Shown here in pieces: positions 9,432 to 19,515 of a DNA stretch of 64,000 nucleotides. The notes below the pieces were generated by a model that saw only the letters and a program-made list of their open reading frames with translations, was not told where the DNA came from and searched no databases. Made by a program: the position numbers and the translations under genes. The stretch's first letter is position 1. Every line of letters starts with the position of its first letter. Source of the stretch: Alphaproteobacteria bacterium (GTDB lineage: Bacteria; Pseudomonadota; Alphaproteobacteria; UBA6615); contig CBDHEC010000046.1 in NCBI GenBank assembly GCA_965261975.1, positions 33,848 through 97,847 on the forward strand, written 5' to 3'.

Positions 9432-10640
9432 ATGGCAAATCGAATCGATACATTCGCGGATCTCATCGCCCCCATGAGCGAGGCGGAATTTTTCGCCGAA
9501 TACCACGACAAGAAACCGCTGCACATCCGCGCACCGGCACCCGACAAGCTTGACGATGTCATGACATGGGAGACGCTGAGCGCGATCCTCAACATGACGG
9601 CGATCTGGAGCCCCAGCAATCTGCGGCTCTTCCTCGATACGGAGGCGATTCCGGTCGAGAAATATTGCCGCCCGGCCATCGACCGCAACCATCAGCAGAC
9701 GATGCAGCCTGATTCCGAGCGGGTCATTAGCTGGCTGCAGCGCGGCGCCTCGATCGTCGCCAATGATATCGACACCCTCACGCCCGGCCTGGCCGCCGCG
9801 ACCAACGCGCTGGAAGCGCGTCTCGGGGCGAAAGTACAAAGCAACCTCTACTGCTCCTGGGAAACCCACCAGGCCTTCCCGACCCATTTCGACACCCACG
9901 AGGTGTTCGCCCTGCATGTCGCCGGCGAGAAAGTCTGGAACATCTATGAGGGCCGCCTGGAAAACCCCATCGCCAACGACGCCTATAAGAATGTCGACGA
10001 TGCCTTCAACGAGAAGAACCGCGGCGCGCTGAAGGAGGCGATCACCCTGCGCCCGGGGGACGTCCTGTATATCCCGCGCGGCCAGTACCACGACGCGCTC
10101 GCCTCGAGTGAAGGCTGCATTCACCTGTCCCTGGGGGTCACCCATGTCATCGGGATCGACGTGATGACGCTGTTGTTCGAGCATGCGCTCGCCGACCCCG
10201 CCATCCGATCGAACATTCCGCTGATCGGATCCGGCGACGCGGCGCGCAAGGCCTGGGTCGACAATCTGGTCGACCAGGTGGCGAAGATCGGCAAGAGCGA
10301 GGCCTTCCAGTCGTCCATCGCCCCAATGCATGACGATTTTCACTATCATCGCGGCGGCTTCGATCTACCGGGCGACGCCCTCTCGAAGGACGCCGATCCA
10401 CGGTTCGAGGTTTCGGCCAAAAACCTCAAGATTGTGCGTCAGAAGGGCAAAGCGCTGCTGGAAAGCCCGAAGGGGCAGGTGCCAATCCCCGACGATATCG
10501 TCGACCCGGTCACCTGGATCGTCGATGCAGGCCAGTTCACCGACGGCGAATTCGCCGACGCCTTTCCGGGCCTCGATACCGCCGCGCGAGCGAAACTGAT
10601 CAAGGACTTGTCCTCGATGCGCGTCATCGCGCCGGCGTAG
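9432..10640 (+). CDS. JmjC/Cupin_4 2-oxoglutarate Fe(II) oxygenase (RoxA/YcfD-like)
   Basis: HFDTHEVFALHVAGEKVW and LRPGDVLYIPRGQYH (HxD...H triad). Confidence 0.85.
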   Translation: MANRIDTFADLIAPMSEAEFFAEYHDKKPLHIRAPAPDKLDDVMTWETLSAILNMTAIWSPSNLRLFLDTEAIPVEKYCRPAIDRNHQQTMQPDSERVISWLQRGASIVANDIDTLTPGLAAATNALEARLGAKVQSNLYCSWETHQAFPTHFDTHEVFALHVAGEKVWNIYEGRLENPIANDAYKNVDDAFNEKNRGALKEAITLRPGDVLYIPRGQYHDALASSEGCIHLSLGVTHVIGIDVMTLLFEHALADPAIRSNIPLIGSGDAARKAWVDNLVDQVAKIGKSEAFQSSIAPMHDDFHYHRGGFDLPGDALSKDADPRFEVSAKNLKIVRQKGKALLESPKGQVPIPDDIVDPVTWIVDAGQFTDGEFADAFPGLDTAARAKLIKDLSSMRVIAPA

Positions 10641-10934
10641 ACACCGCGATCGCAGTCCGGTGGAGCGCGCCTGAGCGCCACCACCCGGCCCGAGGTCAGG
10701 GCCACAGGCCCTTTGCGGGCCCGGCGATGGTGCCCCAAACACCATATGTCGAGCTTTTCGCCGGGCATTTGCACACGAAATGGACAAACTCGGCGAATCC
10801 CAACGATTCAAGGCGCTTAGGCACTGTTGTTTAATTGCAACAATCGGTGGAAATCGTTGCGGAATAATCACGGAATTCGTTGCAACGCCCGGGCTTCGGG
10901 GGTTTTATCCTTCGCAAGGCTTCGTAACAAATGT

Positions 10935-11027
10935 CTGGCGTCCGCGAAAACGCCAGTTGTCTCGAAGCTGAACAGGCCCTTCGGGGCCATTCGCGGACGC
11001 AAGTCCATGATCTTGGAGGTTGGATTA
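10935..11027 (+). promoter_or_regulatory. Structured 5' leader of the porin gene
   Basis: 11-bp perfect stem 10938-10948/10990-11000 enclosing a GGCCC-TTCG-GGGCC hairpin (10975-10988). Confidence 0.55.
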
Positions 11028-12191
11028 ATGAAGAAAACTCTACTAGCCACGACGGCTTTGGTCGGTGCTGCGGTTCTCGCTGCTCCGGCAAACGCCGGTA
11101 CCGTGGGTTCACGTGACAACATGAATGTCACGCTCGGCGGTATCTTTTGGTTCTCCGCTTACCTGAAGGATGAGGATGTCTCTGCGGCCAGCGGCCGTGG
11201 TTACGGTTTCACGGTCAGTGAGTCCGAAATCCACATCGGTGCCTCGGCGACCGCCGACAACGGCATCAGGTATGGTGTCAACATCGAGCTGGCGGCTGGT
11301 GCTGCTGACACGACGGACGCCGACGAAGCTTATGCGTTCCTGGACAGTGACTCCTGGGGCCGTATCGAGCTTGGCGATCAGGACGACGCAACGAACCGTA
11401 TGCAGGTTGGCGCGTGGAACGCTGTCAAGGGTGCTGGCGGACCGTTCGGCGGCCTCGGCGACCTGAACACCGTCTTCGACGGCGTTGGCCTTTTCGGCGA
11501 CGGCTTCATCGCTCGTTCTGACTGGCAGGTCTTCACGACCTCGGACGACACGAAGGCGACCTACTTCTCGCCGCGCTTCTCTGGCTTCCAGATTGGTGCT
11601 TCGTGGACCCCGGACACGGGTGAAGTCTCGGGTGGACCGGCGACTTCCGACTCGGATGCCGACGGCGACTTCGAGAACGTCCTTGGCCTCTCCGTCAACT
11701 ATGTCGGTAACTTCGACAATGTTGGTGTCGGCCTCTCGGCCGGTTGGGAGCATGGTACGGACGAAACCGCTGCTGGTGCCGAGAACGAAGATCTCGACAT
11801 CTGGGGTGTTGGCGGTCGCGTCAGCGTCGCTGGTTTCACCATCGGTGCTAACTATCGTGACCTCGGCGACACGCTGTTGACCGCTGCTCAGACGGCTGCG
11901 GGCGCAGACGCCGGCTCCATGTGGGCCCTCGGTGTCGGCTATCAGGCAGGTCCTTGGGGCGTCAGCGCCTGGTACCTGAATGGTGAGATGGACAACACGA
12001 ACGCTGCAGCGCGTGAAACCGAGATCACCCGTTATGGTCTTGGTGCCGGTTATGCAGTGGCTCCGGGTTGGGCCCTTCGCGCCGAACTCACGTTCCTCGA
12101 CCATGAGAACCGCCGTACCGCGATCGGTACCGGTGGTACGACGGACAACGACGGTAAGGGCTTCCTGCTCGTCAACCGTTTCGTCTTCTAA
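11028..12191 (+). CDS. Outer-membrane porin, probably the major porin
   Basis: Signal peptide MKKTLLATTALVG, WGRIELGD, TYFSPRFSGFQIGAS, C-terminal Phe; GGT/GCT/CGT codon bias of highly expressed genes; GGAGG RBS. Confidence 0.92.
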   Translation: MKKTLLATTALVGAAVLAAPANAGTVGSRDNMNVTLGGIFWFSAYLKDEDVSAASGRGYGFTVSESEIHIGASATADNGIRYGVNIELAAGAADTTDADEAYAFLDSDSWGRIELGDQDDATNRMQVGAWNAVKGAGGPFGGLGDLNTVFDGVGLFGDGFIARSDWQVFTTSDDTKATYFSPRFSGFQIGASWTPDTGEVSGGPATSDSDADGDFENVLGLSVNYVGNFDNVGVGLSAGWEHGTDETAAGAENEDLDIWGVGGRVSVAGFTIGANYRDLGDTLLTAAQTAAGADAGSMWALGVGYQAGPWGVSAWYLNGEMDNTNAAARETEITRYGLGAGYAVAPGWALRAELTFLDHENRRTAIGTGGTTDNDGKGFLLVNRFVF

Positions 12192-12217
12192 GCTGTCTCT
12201 TACAGCTTGACGAGAAA

Positions 12218-12251
12218 GCAGGGCGGCAGATTTCTGTCGCCCTGTTTTTTT
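12218..12251 (+). terminator. Rho-independent terminator of the porin gene
   Basis: CAGGGCGGCAG-attt-CTGTCGCCCTG followed by a T run. Confidence 0.9.
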
Positions 12252-12335
12252 GTGCCCAAATCTCTGCTAATGATTCGGCACTTGGTTTCATGACGCCGCC
12301 GCGCGTTTGAAACAGCTGCATATCGGGTCCAAACC

Positions 12336-12848
12336 ATGAGTGCCAAACATGCATTGCGTATCGCCGCCACCGTCCTGCTCGTCGGACTGACCGCGTGCGA
12401 GGGTATCGAGACCGAGCGGGCGGATGCCGAAGATTTTCGCGACAAGGATGACGCCAGCATCGGCAAATTGTTCGGTGATATCGACCTGCTTGGCGGCGGC
12501 AGCGATGAGCAAACGAATTCCGGGATCGGCGTCAACGGCTTCCTGTGGCGGGCTTCGCTCGACACGCTTTCATTCCTGCCCTTGTCATCAGCGGACCCGT
12601 TCGGCGGCGTGATCATCACTGACTGGTATGCGCCGCCCGAAAGCCCCGAAGAACGCTTCAAGGTGACGGTGTTCATCCTGGGCCGGGAGCTCCGCTCGGA
12701 CGGTGTCCGCGTATCGGTGTTCCGTCAGAAGCGGGATAGCGGCGCTGGATGGCTGGACGCGAATACCGGCAAGAACACATCGACCAGCCTCGAGAATGCC
12801 ATTCTCACGCGCGCGCGCGAGCTGCGAATCTCCCAGTCGGACGGCTAA
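12336..12848 (+). CDS. DUF3576 family lipoprotein
   Basis: Lipobox LTAC; GVNGFLWRASLDTLSFLPLSSADPFGGVIITDWY; upstream of leuS. Confidence 0.9.
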   Translation: MSAKHALRIAATVLLVGLTACEGIETERADAEDFRDKDDASIGKLFGDIDLLGGGSDEQTNSGIGVNGFLWRASLDTLSFLPLSSADPFGGVIITDWYAPPESPEERFKVTVFILGRELRSDGVRVSVFRQKRDSGAGWLDANTGKNTSTSLENAILTRARELRISQSDG

Positions 12849-12938
12849 CGGAGTACATCGCCGTTCGGCCCCTGACCCGATACGAGTTTTTCAAGCCGCC
12901 ACGTCTGAGCACGTATGGCGCCGAGAAGGTTTCCGGCC

Positions 12939-15506
12939 ATGTCACAACGCTATAATTTCCGCGAAGCCGAGCAAAAGTGGCAAGCGGCCTGGACAGAACG
13001 CGGCACGTTCGCGGTCGAGGCAGACCCATCGCAGCCTAAATATTATGTCCTCGAGATGTTTCCGTATCCTTCCGGGCGCATCCATATGGGCCACCTGCGC
13101 TGCTACACGCTCGGCGACGTCGTCGCTCGATACAAGCGCGCGCAGGGCTTCAATGTTCTGCACCCAATGGGGTGGGACGCGTTCGGGCTGCCCGCCGAAA
13201 ACGCGGCGATGGAAAAGGGTGTCCACCCGGCGTCCTGGACCTACGAGAACATCGCCACAATGCGCGACCAGCTCCAGGCGATGGGGCTGTCGATCGACTG
13301 GAATCGCGAATTCGCGACCTGCGACCCCTCCTATTACCGGCACGAGCAGGCGATGTTCATCGACTTCCTCGCGAAGGACCTGGTCTACCGCCAGGACGGA
13401 TGGGTGAACTGGGATCCCGTGGACAACACGGTCCTCGCAAACGAACAGGTGATCGACGGCAAGGGCTGGCGATCGGGCGCGCCCATCGAACGACGCCGGC
13501 TGTCACAATGGTTTGGCCGGATCACCGCATTCAGCGATGAACTTCTGGCATCGCTGGAAACCCTCGACCGCTGGCCGGCCAAGGTCCGGGCGATGCAGGA
13601 AAACTGGATCGGACGCTCCGAGGGCGCCTATATCGATTTTGCGTTCACCGATGAGCGCGACACGTCATTGCGGGTCTACACGACGCGGCCGGATACGATT
13701 TTCGGTGCGAGTTTCTGCGCCGTTGCAGCCGACCACCCGCTGGCCGAGGAAGCGGCGTTGGCCGACCCGAAGGCCGCGGCCTTTATCGAGGAATGCCGCC
13801 AGCTCGGTACCAGCGAAGAGGCCATCCAGACGGCCGAGAAGCGCGGTTACGACACCGGGCTTCGGGTCAAGCACCCGTTCGCCGAGGGCGTCGAACTTCC
13901 CGTCTATATCGCGAATTTCGTGCTGATGGGATACGGGACCGGAGCGATATTCGGCTGCCCGGCGCATGATCAGCGCGACCTGGATTTTGCCCACGCCTAT
14001 GACTTGCCGGTCTTGCCCGTCGTCGTTCCCGGCGACGCCGACCCCGCGACCTTTGACGTCGGGACGGAAGCGTTCACCGACGATGGGAAACTCGCAAACT
14101 CCGAGTTCCTCGACGGGCTGGACGTGGAGGCGGGCAAGCGCGCCGTGATTGATCGGCTGGCAGCAGCCGGTCAGGGCGAAGGCACGACCAATTATCGCCT
14201 GCGCGACTGGCTGGTGTCGCGGCAACGATACTGGGGCTGCCCGATCCCGGTCGTCCATTGTCCCGATTGCGGTATCGTCCCCGTACCCAAGGCAGAGCTG
14301 CCGGTCGTATTGCCCGAGGATATCGACTTCAAATCGCCGGGTAACCCGCTCGATCGCCACCCCACATGGAAGCATGTCGATTGTCCGGACTGTGGCAAAC
14401 CGGCCGAACGCGACACCGACACTTTCGACACATTCATGGACTCGTCCTGGTATTTTGCGCGCTTCTGCTCGCCCGAGGCGGAAGCCCCCGTCGGGGCAGA
14501 CGAAGGCGCCTACTGGTTGCCGGTCGATCAGTATATCGGCGGCATCGAGCACGCCATTCTCCACCTGCTCTATTCTCGCTTCTTCATGCGGGCGATGCGT
14601 GACACCGACCATTTGGGGATCGACGAACCCTTTGCCGGCCTGTTCACCCAAGGCATGGTCAATCACGCCACCTATCGCGATGAAGCGGGCGAGTGGCTCG
14701 AGCCGCAAAGTGTCATTGAAAATGAAGACGGAAGTTTCGTGCGGGCCGACAGCGGCGCCGCGGTGACCGTCGGACGCATTGAAAAGATGTCGAAGTCGAA
14801 AAAGAACACGATCGACCCGACGGACGTGATTGCCTCTTACGGTGCCGACACCGCTCGCTGGTTCATCCTCTCCGACAGCCCGCCCGACAGGGACATGGAG
14901 TGGACGGATTCCGGCGTGCAGGGCGCCTTCCGGTTTGTGAACAGGGTATCCCGCATCATCCTGGACAATGTTGCCGCCCTGCCCGAACCCGGAACCGACC
15001 CGGCGAGCGGGGACGGCCCCTCGGATGAATTACGTCGTGCCGTCCACCGGGCCATTGCGGATGTAACCGACGACTTCGAGCGCTTTCACTACAACCGTGC
15101 GGTCGCGCATCTCTATGAACTGGTCAATTCGGTCTCCGCGGCAACAAAGGCCGGAAGCGTTTCAGGTGCCGCGCTGCGCGAGGCGCTCGAGACAATCGTC
15201 CGGCTGATCGGCCCGATGATGCCCCATCTGGCTGAAGAAATGTGGAAGGCCCTCGGGCGCGATACGCTTATCTGCGATAAAGCCTGGCCCGTTGCCGACA
15301 CCTCACTGCTTGTGGCCGACAGCTTAACCGTTGCGATTCAGGTGAAGGGCAAATTGCGTGGTACGATCGATATAGCCCCGGATACGGATCAGGCGGCCGT
15401 CGAAGCCGCCGCCAGGGCGGTACAAAACGTGGCGGACTCGATTGGCGACAGCGATGTGCGAAAGGTCATCTATGTACCGAACAAGCTGGTCAATTTTGTT
15501 GTCTAG
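12939..15506 (+). CDS. leuS: Leucine--tRNA ligase
   Basis: [13 protein letters not shown] (HIGH-like), [19 protein letters not shown]. Confidence 0.98.
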   Translation: MSQRYNFREAEQKWQAAWTERGTFAVEADPSQPKYYVLEMFPYPSGRIHMGHLRCYTLGDVVARYKRAQGFNVLHPMGWDAFGLPAENAAMEKGVHPASWTYENIATMRDQLQAMGLSIDWNREFATCDPSYYRHEQAMFIDFLAKDLVYRQDGWVNWDPVDNTVLANEQVIDGKGWRSGAPIERRRLSQWFGRITAFSDELLASLETLDRWPAKVRAMQENWIGRSEGAYIDFAFTDERDTSLRVYTTRPDTIFGASFCAVAADHPLAEEAALADPKAAAFIEECRQLGTSEEAIQTAEKRGYDTGLRVKHPFAEGVELPVYIANFVLMGYGTGAIFGCPAHDQRDLDFAHAYDLPVLPVVVPGDADPATFDVGTEAFTDDGKLANSEFLDGLDVEAGKRAVIDRLAAAGQGEGTTNYRLRDWLVSRQRYWGCPIPVVHCPDCGIVPVPKAELPVVLPEDIDFKSPGNPLDRHPTWKHVDCPDCGKPAERDTDTFDTFMDSSWYFARFCSPEAEAPVGADEGAYWLPVDQYIGGIEHAILHLLYSRFFMRAMRDTDHLGIDEPFAGLFTQGMVNHATYRDEAGEWLEPQSVIENEDGSFVRADSGAAVTVGRIEKMSKSKKNTIDPTDVIASYGADTARWFILSDSPPDRDMEWTDSGVQGAFRFVNRVSRIILDNVAALPEPGTDPASGDGPSDELRRAVHRAIADVTDDFERFHYNRAVAHLYELVNSVSAATKAGSVSGAALREALETIVRLIGPMMPHLAEEMWKALGRDTLICDKAWPVADTSLLVADSLTVAIQVKGKLRGTIDIAPDTDQAAVEAAARAVQNVADSIGDSDVRKVIYVPNKLVNFVV

Positions 15507-16023
15507 GCTGCACGCTTTTCTCGTTATCGGTCTGCTCGGCCTGACGGCTTGCGGATTTGAGCCGCTGTATGGCGATCAGGATCAGGGAACTCCTACCGAA
15601 GACCTGCTGAGCCAGGTTTACGTTCCGCCGCTGGCAGACAGGCTCGGGCAGCTCGTTCGTATCGAGTTGACCAACCGCCTGACCCCCAAGCCCGGGCCCG
15701 CGCCGGTGTATTCGGTCAACGTCGAGCTGACCGAATCGAAACAGGGCCTTGCCGTGCGACGCGACGCCAGTGCGACACGCGCAAACCTGATCATCACGGC
15801 AACCTTTTCGCTCTCCGTCATCGGAGAGAAAGAAAAATTGATGTCGGGCGTGAACCGTTCATCCAACGGCTACGACATCCTCAAATCGGACTTCGCCACC
15901 CTGGCGGCCGAGAACGATGCGCGGCGTCGCGGCGCGCGCGACATTGCCGACGGAATTGTCAGCCGTATCGCGATATATCTTTCCCGTGCGGCCAACCAGA
16001 CTGCGGCGCCCGCCCAAAGATGA
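15499..16023 (+). CDS. lptE: LPS assembly lipoprotein LptE
   Basis: [11 protein letters not shown] lipobox; leuS-lptE-holA synteny; TTG start overlapping the leuS end is inferred. Confidence 0.85.
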   Translation: MSRLHAFLVIGLLGLTACGFEPLYGDQDQGTPTEDLLSQVYVPPLADRLGQLVRIELTNRLTPKPGPAPVYSVNVELTESKQGLAVRRDASATRANLIITATFSLSVIGEKEKLMSGVNRSSNGYDILKSDFATLAAENDARRRGARDIADGIVSRIAIYLSRAANQTAAPAQR

Positions 16024-17051
16024 AGATCTCCGCCGGACGCGTTGCTGGTTTTGTGGCGAACCCCGATCCGGGCGTCAGTGCGATCCTGGTTTACGGGCCC
16101 AATGCCGGCCTCGTTCGTGAACACTGCAACAGTTTGGCGCGCTCCATCCTCGAGGACCCCAGTGATCCGTTCCGGGCGGCCGAGCTCACCGGCGCCGCGA
16201 TCACAGAGGCACCAACCCGGCTTGCTGACGAGTTGCTCGCCCTGTCGTTTGGCGGGGATCGTCGGCTCGTGACCGTCCGCGATGCGACGGATGGACTGAC
16301 CAAAAGCCTCGAGAGCGCGCTGAACGCCGGGGCGGAAGCGGAAATGAATGCCGTTGCGCTGATCGAGGCGGGGTCGCTGACCGGACGCTCCAGCCTGCGA
16401 AAGCTCTGCGAGAAACGAGATGATTGTGCCGCCCTGCCCTGCTATGCCGACGACGAGGAAGCGCGCGCCGGGCTTGCCCGCAGGCTGCTGTCCGACGCCG
16501 GCGTCGGTATCGAACCGGACGCCCTGCGCACACTCACCGGGTTTCTCGGAGACGACCGGCTCTCAAATCGGCGAGAGATCGAGAAACTCATTCTATTCGT
16601 TGGCCCGGATCAATCCGCAACAGAAGCCGATGTGCTGGCCGCGGTTGGCGACATCGGCTCCACCACGATGGACGACACGGTTTTTGCAGCGGCCGGGGGT
16701 GACATCGGACAGCTGGACCGCGCGATCGAAAGGTTCTGGGCCGAGGGTGGCGAGCCGATCGGCCTGATCCGCGCCACTCAGCGCCATTTCCAGCGGCTGC
16801 ATCGCGTCGCCGGTCAGATTGAAGCCGGCGTTCGCTATGAGGACGCCGCGCGCAAACTTCGCCCGCCGGTGTTCTGGAAGCAGTCGGGGCCGTTTCAGCA
16901 CCAGGCGCGTAACTGGTCACGCGGCCAGCTGGAACTCGCACTCGCACGTCTCGGCGAAGCCGAGCTTGTGCTCAAGACGACCGGCGTGCCCGCCCATGCG
17001 GCGTGCGGCCGTACGCTCTATGCAATCGCCAGCATGCGTCGGTCGCGATAG
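16020..17051 (+). CDS. holA: DNA polymerase III delta subunit
   Basis: ILVYGPNAGLV, SFGGDRRLV, EIEKLILF, RPPVFWK; synteny. Confidence 0.92.
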   Translation: MKISAGRVAGFVANPDPGVSAILVYGPNAGLVREHCNSLARSILEDPSDPFRAAELTGAAITEAPTRLADELLALSFGGDRRLVTVRDATDGLTKSLESALNAGAEAEMNAVALIEAGSLTGRSSLRKLCEKRDDCAALPCYADDEEARAGLARRLLSDAGVGIEPDALRTLTGFLGDDRLSNRREIEKLILFVGPDQSATEADVLAAVGDIGSTTMDDTVFAAAGGDIGQLDRAIERFWAEGGEPIGLIRATQRHFQRLHRVAGQIEAGVRYEDAARKLRPPVFWKQSGPFQHQARNWSRGQLELALARLGEAELVLKTTGVPAHAACGRTLYAIASMRRSR

Positions 17052-17103
17052 TGTAACCCACTGTAATAAAACGAATAATAAGGGTTCAGGCTCCCCTGGG
17101 GGG

Positions 17104-17988
17104 TCAGCCTTTCCGGTTGAGCCGTTGCAGGACATCATCGAGCTGATCGAAGGTGCTGAACTCGATCTCCAGCACACCCTTGCCCGAACTCTCGTCGCCG
17201 CGCGGATTGATCGAGACCTTCAGGCCGAGGACGTCCGACAGGTCGCGCTCCAACGCCAGCGTGTCGGTGCTCTTCGAGGGCTTCGCTTTCTTCGGTTTTT
17301 TCCGGCCGGCAGCCTTGCTTACCCTTCCCTCGATATCGCGCACGGTCATGCCGTCCCGCGCGATCTTGTGTGCCAGCTCCACCGCATCTTCGCGCCCGAC
17401 CAGCGCGCGCGCATGCCCGGCTGTCAGCTCCCCGCGATCAACCATCGCGCGGACCTCGTCCGGCAGCGTGAGCAACCGAAGCTGGTTCGCGATATGGCTG
17501 CGGCTCTTGCCCATGGCCTTGGCCAGCGCATCCTGGGTGTGGGAGAAGTGATCCATCAGGCGCTGGTAGCCTTCGGCCTCCTCAATCGGTGACAGGTCCG
17601 CGCGCTGGATATTCTCGATCAGAGCAATCTCCAGTGCCGCCCTGTCGTCCAGCTCGCGGATGATGACCGGGACCTCGTGCAGCTTCGCGCGCTGTGCGGC
17701 CCGCCAGCGACGCTCGCCGGCAATAATTTCATACAAATCGGCCTGCACCGGATCGCGTCGGACCAGGATCGGCTGCAGGATGCCCTTCTCACGGATCGAT
17801 TCGACGAGCGAGGCGAGTTCGTCCTCGTTGAAGTTCGTACGCGGCTGGAAGCGACCCGGGTGGAGCTGCTCGATCGGTAGCTCGCGTGCAGGCTTGGCCT
17901 TTTCCAGTTCCTGATAGTCTTCGCCGTCGTCGCCCAGAAGTGCCGACAGGCCGCGGCCGAGGCGCGGCCGCGAGGTGGGTTCGCTCAT
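17104..17988 (-). CDS. parB: Chromosome partitioning protein ParB
   Basis: LGRGLSALLG, GILQPILVR, IIAGERRWRAA, ALIENIQRADL. Confidence 0.97.
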   Translation of the reverse strand: MSEPTSRPRLGRGLSALLGDDGEDYQELEKAKPARELPIEQLHPGRFQPRTNFNEDELASLVESIREKGILQPILVRRDPVQADLYEIIAGERRWRAAQRAKLHEVPVIIRELDDRAALEIALIENIQRADLSPIEEAEGYQRLMDHFSHTQDALAKAMGKSRSHIANQLRLLTLPDEVRAMVDRGELTAGHARALVGREDAVELAHKIARDGMTVRDIEGRVSKAAGRKKPKKAKPSKSTDTLALERDLSDVLGLKVSINPRGDESSGKGVLEIEFSTFDQLDDVLQRLNRKG

Positions 17989-18842
17989 TCGGCTGCCTCC
18001 CCGATGGGCCCGATACCTTCGCGCCGCAGGAGCTCGGCCGCCAGGCGGGCATAGGCCTGGGCGCCGGAGCAGGCCAGGTCGTAGACCAGCGCCGGTTTCC
18101 CATAGGACGGCGCCTCGGACAGGCGGACATTGCGCGGAATGACTGTCTTGTAGACCCGATCGTTGAAATGCGCCCGGACATCCGCCTCGACCGAACGGCA
18201 CAGATTATTGCGGCCGTCATGCATCGTCAGCACGATGCCCTGAATATCCAGGCGTTCGTTGTAGGCACGGCGAATGCGCTCGATCGATTTCATCAGCCGG
18301 GTCATGCCCTCCAGGGCGAAATACTCGCACTGCAGCGGGACGAGGACCGAATCCGCGGCAACCAGCGCGTTGATGGTGAGCAAACCAAGCGCCGGCGGGC
18401 AATCAATCAGGACGTAGTCGTACCTGCCCAGGACGGGCGCCATGGTTTCACGGAGCCGGGACTCCCGGTGGGGAATGTCGATCAGCTCGATCTCCGCGCC
18501 CGCCAGGTCAGCGGATGCGGGCGCCACATCGAGCCCGGGAATTTCCGTCCGGCAGATCACATCGTCGAAACGGCCGCCGCCGATGATGACGTCATACACA
18601 TCTGTTTCATATTCTGAAACACCCAGGCCCGTGGAGGCGTTCCCCTGGGGGTCGAGATCGACCACCAGGACGCTTTGGCCGCAGGCGGCCAGGCCGGTCG
18701 CCAGGTTGATCGCGGTGGTGGTTTTGCCGACACCGCCCTTTTGATTGGCCACCGCTATGGTGCGTGTACCCCGCGCTCGCGCTGGGCCCTCGGGCATGAA
18801 CGGGCCGGTTGTCGGGCGGTCAAAGATGCGCTGATCAGACAC
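17985..18842 (-). CDS. parA: Chromosome partitioning ATPase ParA
   Basis: NQKGGVGKTTT, DLDPQGNAS, IDCPPALG, IPRNVRLSEAPS. Confidence 0.97.
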   Translation of the reverse strand: MSDQRIFDRPTTGPFMPEGPARARGTRTIAVANQKGGVGKTTTAINLATGLAACGQSVLVVDLDPQGNASTGLGVSEYETDVYDVIIGGGRFDDVICRTEIPGLDVAPASADLAGAEIELIDIPHRESRLRETMAPVLGRYDYVLIDCPPALGLLTINALVAADSVLVPLQCEYFALEGMTRLMKSIERIRRAYNERLDIQGIVLTMHDGRNNLCRSVEADVRAHFNDRVYKTVIPRNVRLSEAPSYGKPALVYDLACSGAQAYARLAAELLRREGIGPIGEAAE

Positions 18843-19491
18843 GAGACAGGTTCCTTATCTTGAGCACCACGCCATCCGGCTCGGACAGGCTCGGGTGTTG
18901 TTCCACTTGCATATTCCAGTTTTCGCGCGCGTCGGTCAATTCGTCTTCGACACGCGCGCCCTTGAGAAAAAGACAGTATCCGTCGGGTTCCAGGAGCCCG
19001 TCGGCATGGCCAAGGAGGCCCGACAGGGGCGCGAGCGCCCGGGCAACTACGACATCGAAGGTACCCGTGTCGAGCTTCTCGATCCGGCCCTCGGCGATCT
19101 CGGCACTCGCATCGGTCAGGCGGCGAACCTCCCGGAGAAACGCGCACTTGCGGGCATCGGACTCGGCCAGGACCACCCGGGCGCCGGTGATGATCGAGAC
19201 AAGCAGACCGGGGAAACCGGCGCCGCTGCCCATGTCCAGCACCCGCATCTCCGGCGTTATCCATTTGACCAGCTGGGCGGAATCGAGGAAATGTCGCCGC
19301 CACACATCTTCGAGGGACCGGTTCGAGACCAGGTTGATCCGCGGCTGCCAGGCCCGCAGGGTCTCCGCATAGACGTCGATCCGCGACAATGTTTCACGTG
19401 AAACATGTCGTTCCCCCGCTGTCGCATCTGTCACGAACGCGGCGAATTCATCGCGGGTCATCGGAGAGGACGAGGGGGCGCCGAAATTCAT
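18835..19491 (-). CDS. rsmG: 16S rRNA m7G527 methyltransferase
   Basis: WRRHFLDSAQL, DMGSGAGFPG, ARALAPL. Confidence 0.95.
   Translation of the reverse strand: MNFGAPSSSPMTRDEFAAFVTDATAGERHVSRETLSRIDVYAETLRAWQPRINLVSNRSLEDVWRRHFLDSAQLVKWITPEMRVLDMGSGAGFPGLLVSIITGARVVLAESDARKCAFLREVRRLTDASAEIAEGRIEKLDTGTFDVVVARALAPLSGLLGHADGLLEPDGYCLFLKGARVEDELTDARENWNMQVEQHPSLSEPDGVVLKIRNLSRV
19390..19405. other. parS: parS centromere site (inside rsmG)
   Basis: Perfect TGTTTCACGTGAAACA. Confidence 0.95.
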
Positions 19492-19515
19492 GCGCTCCCT
19501 ATAGCAAGGATGAGA

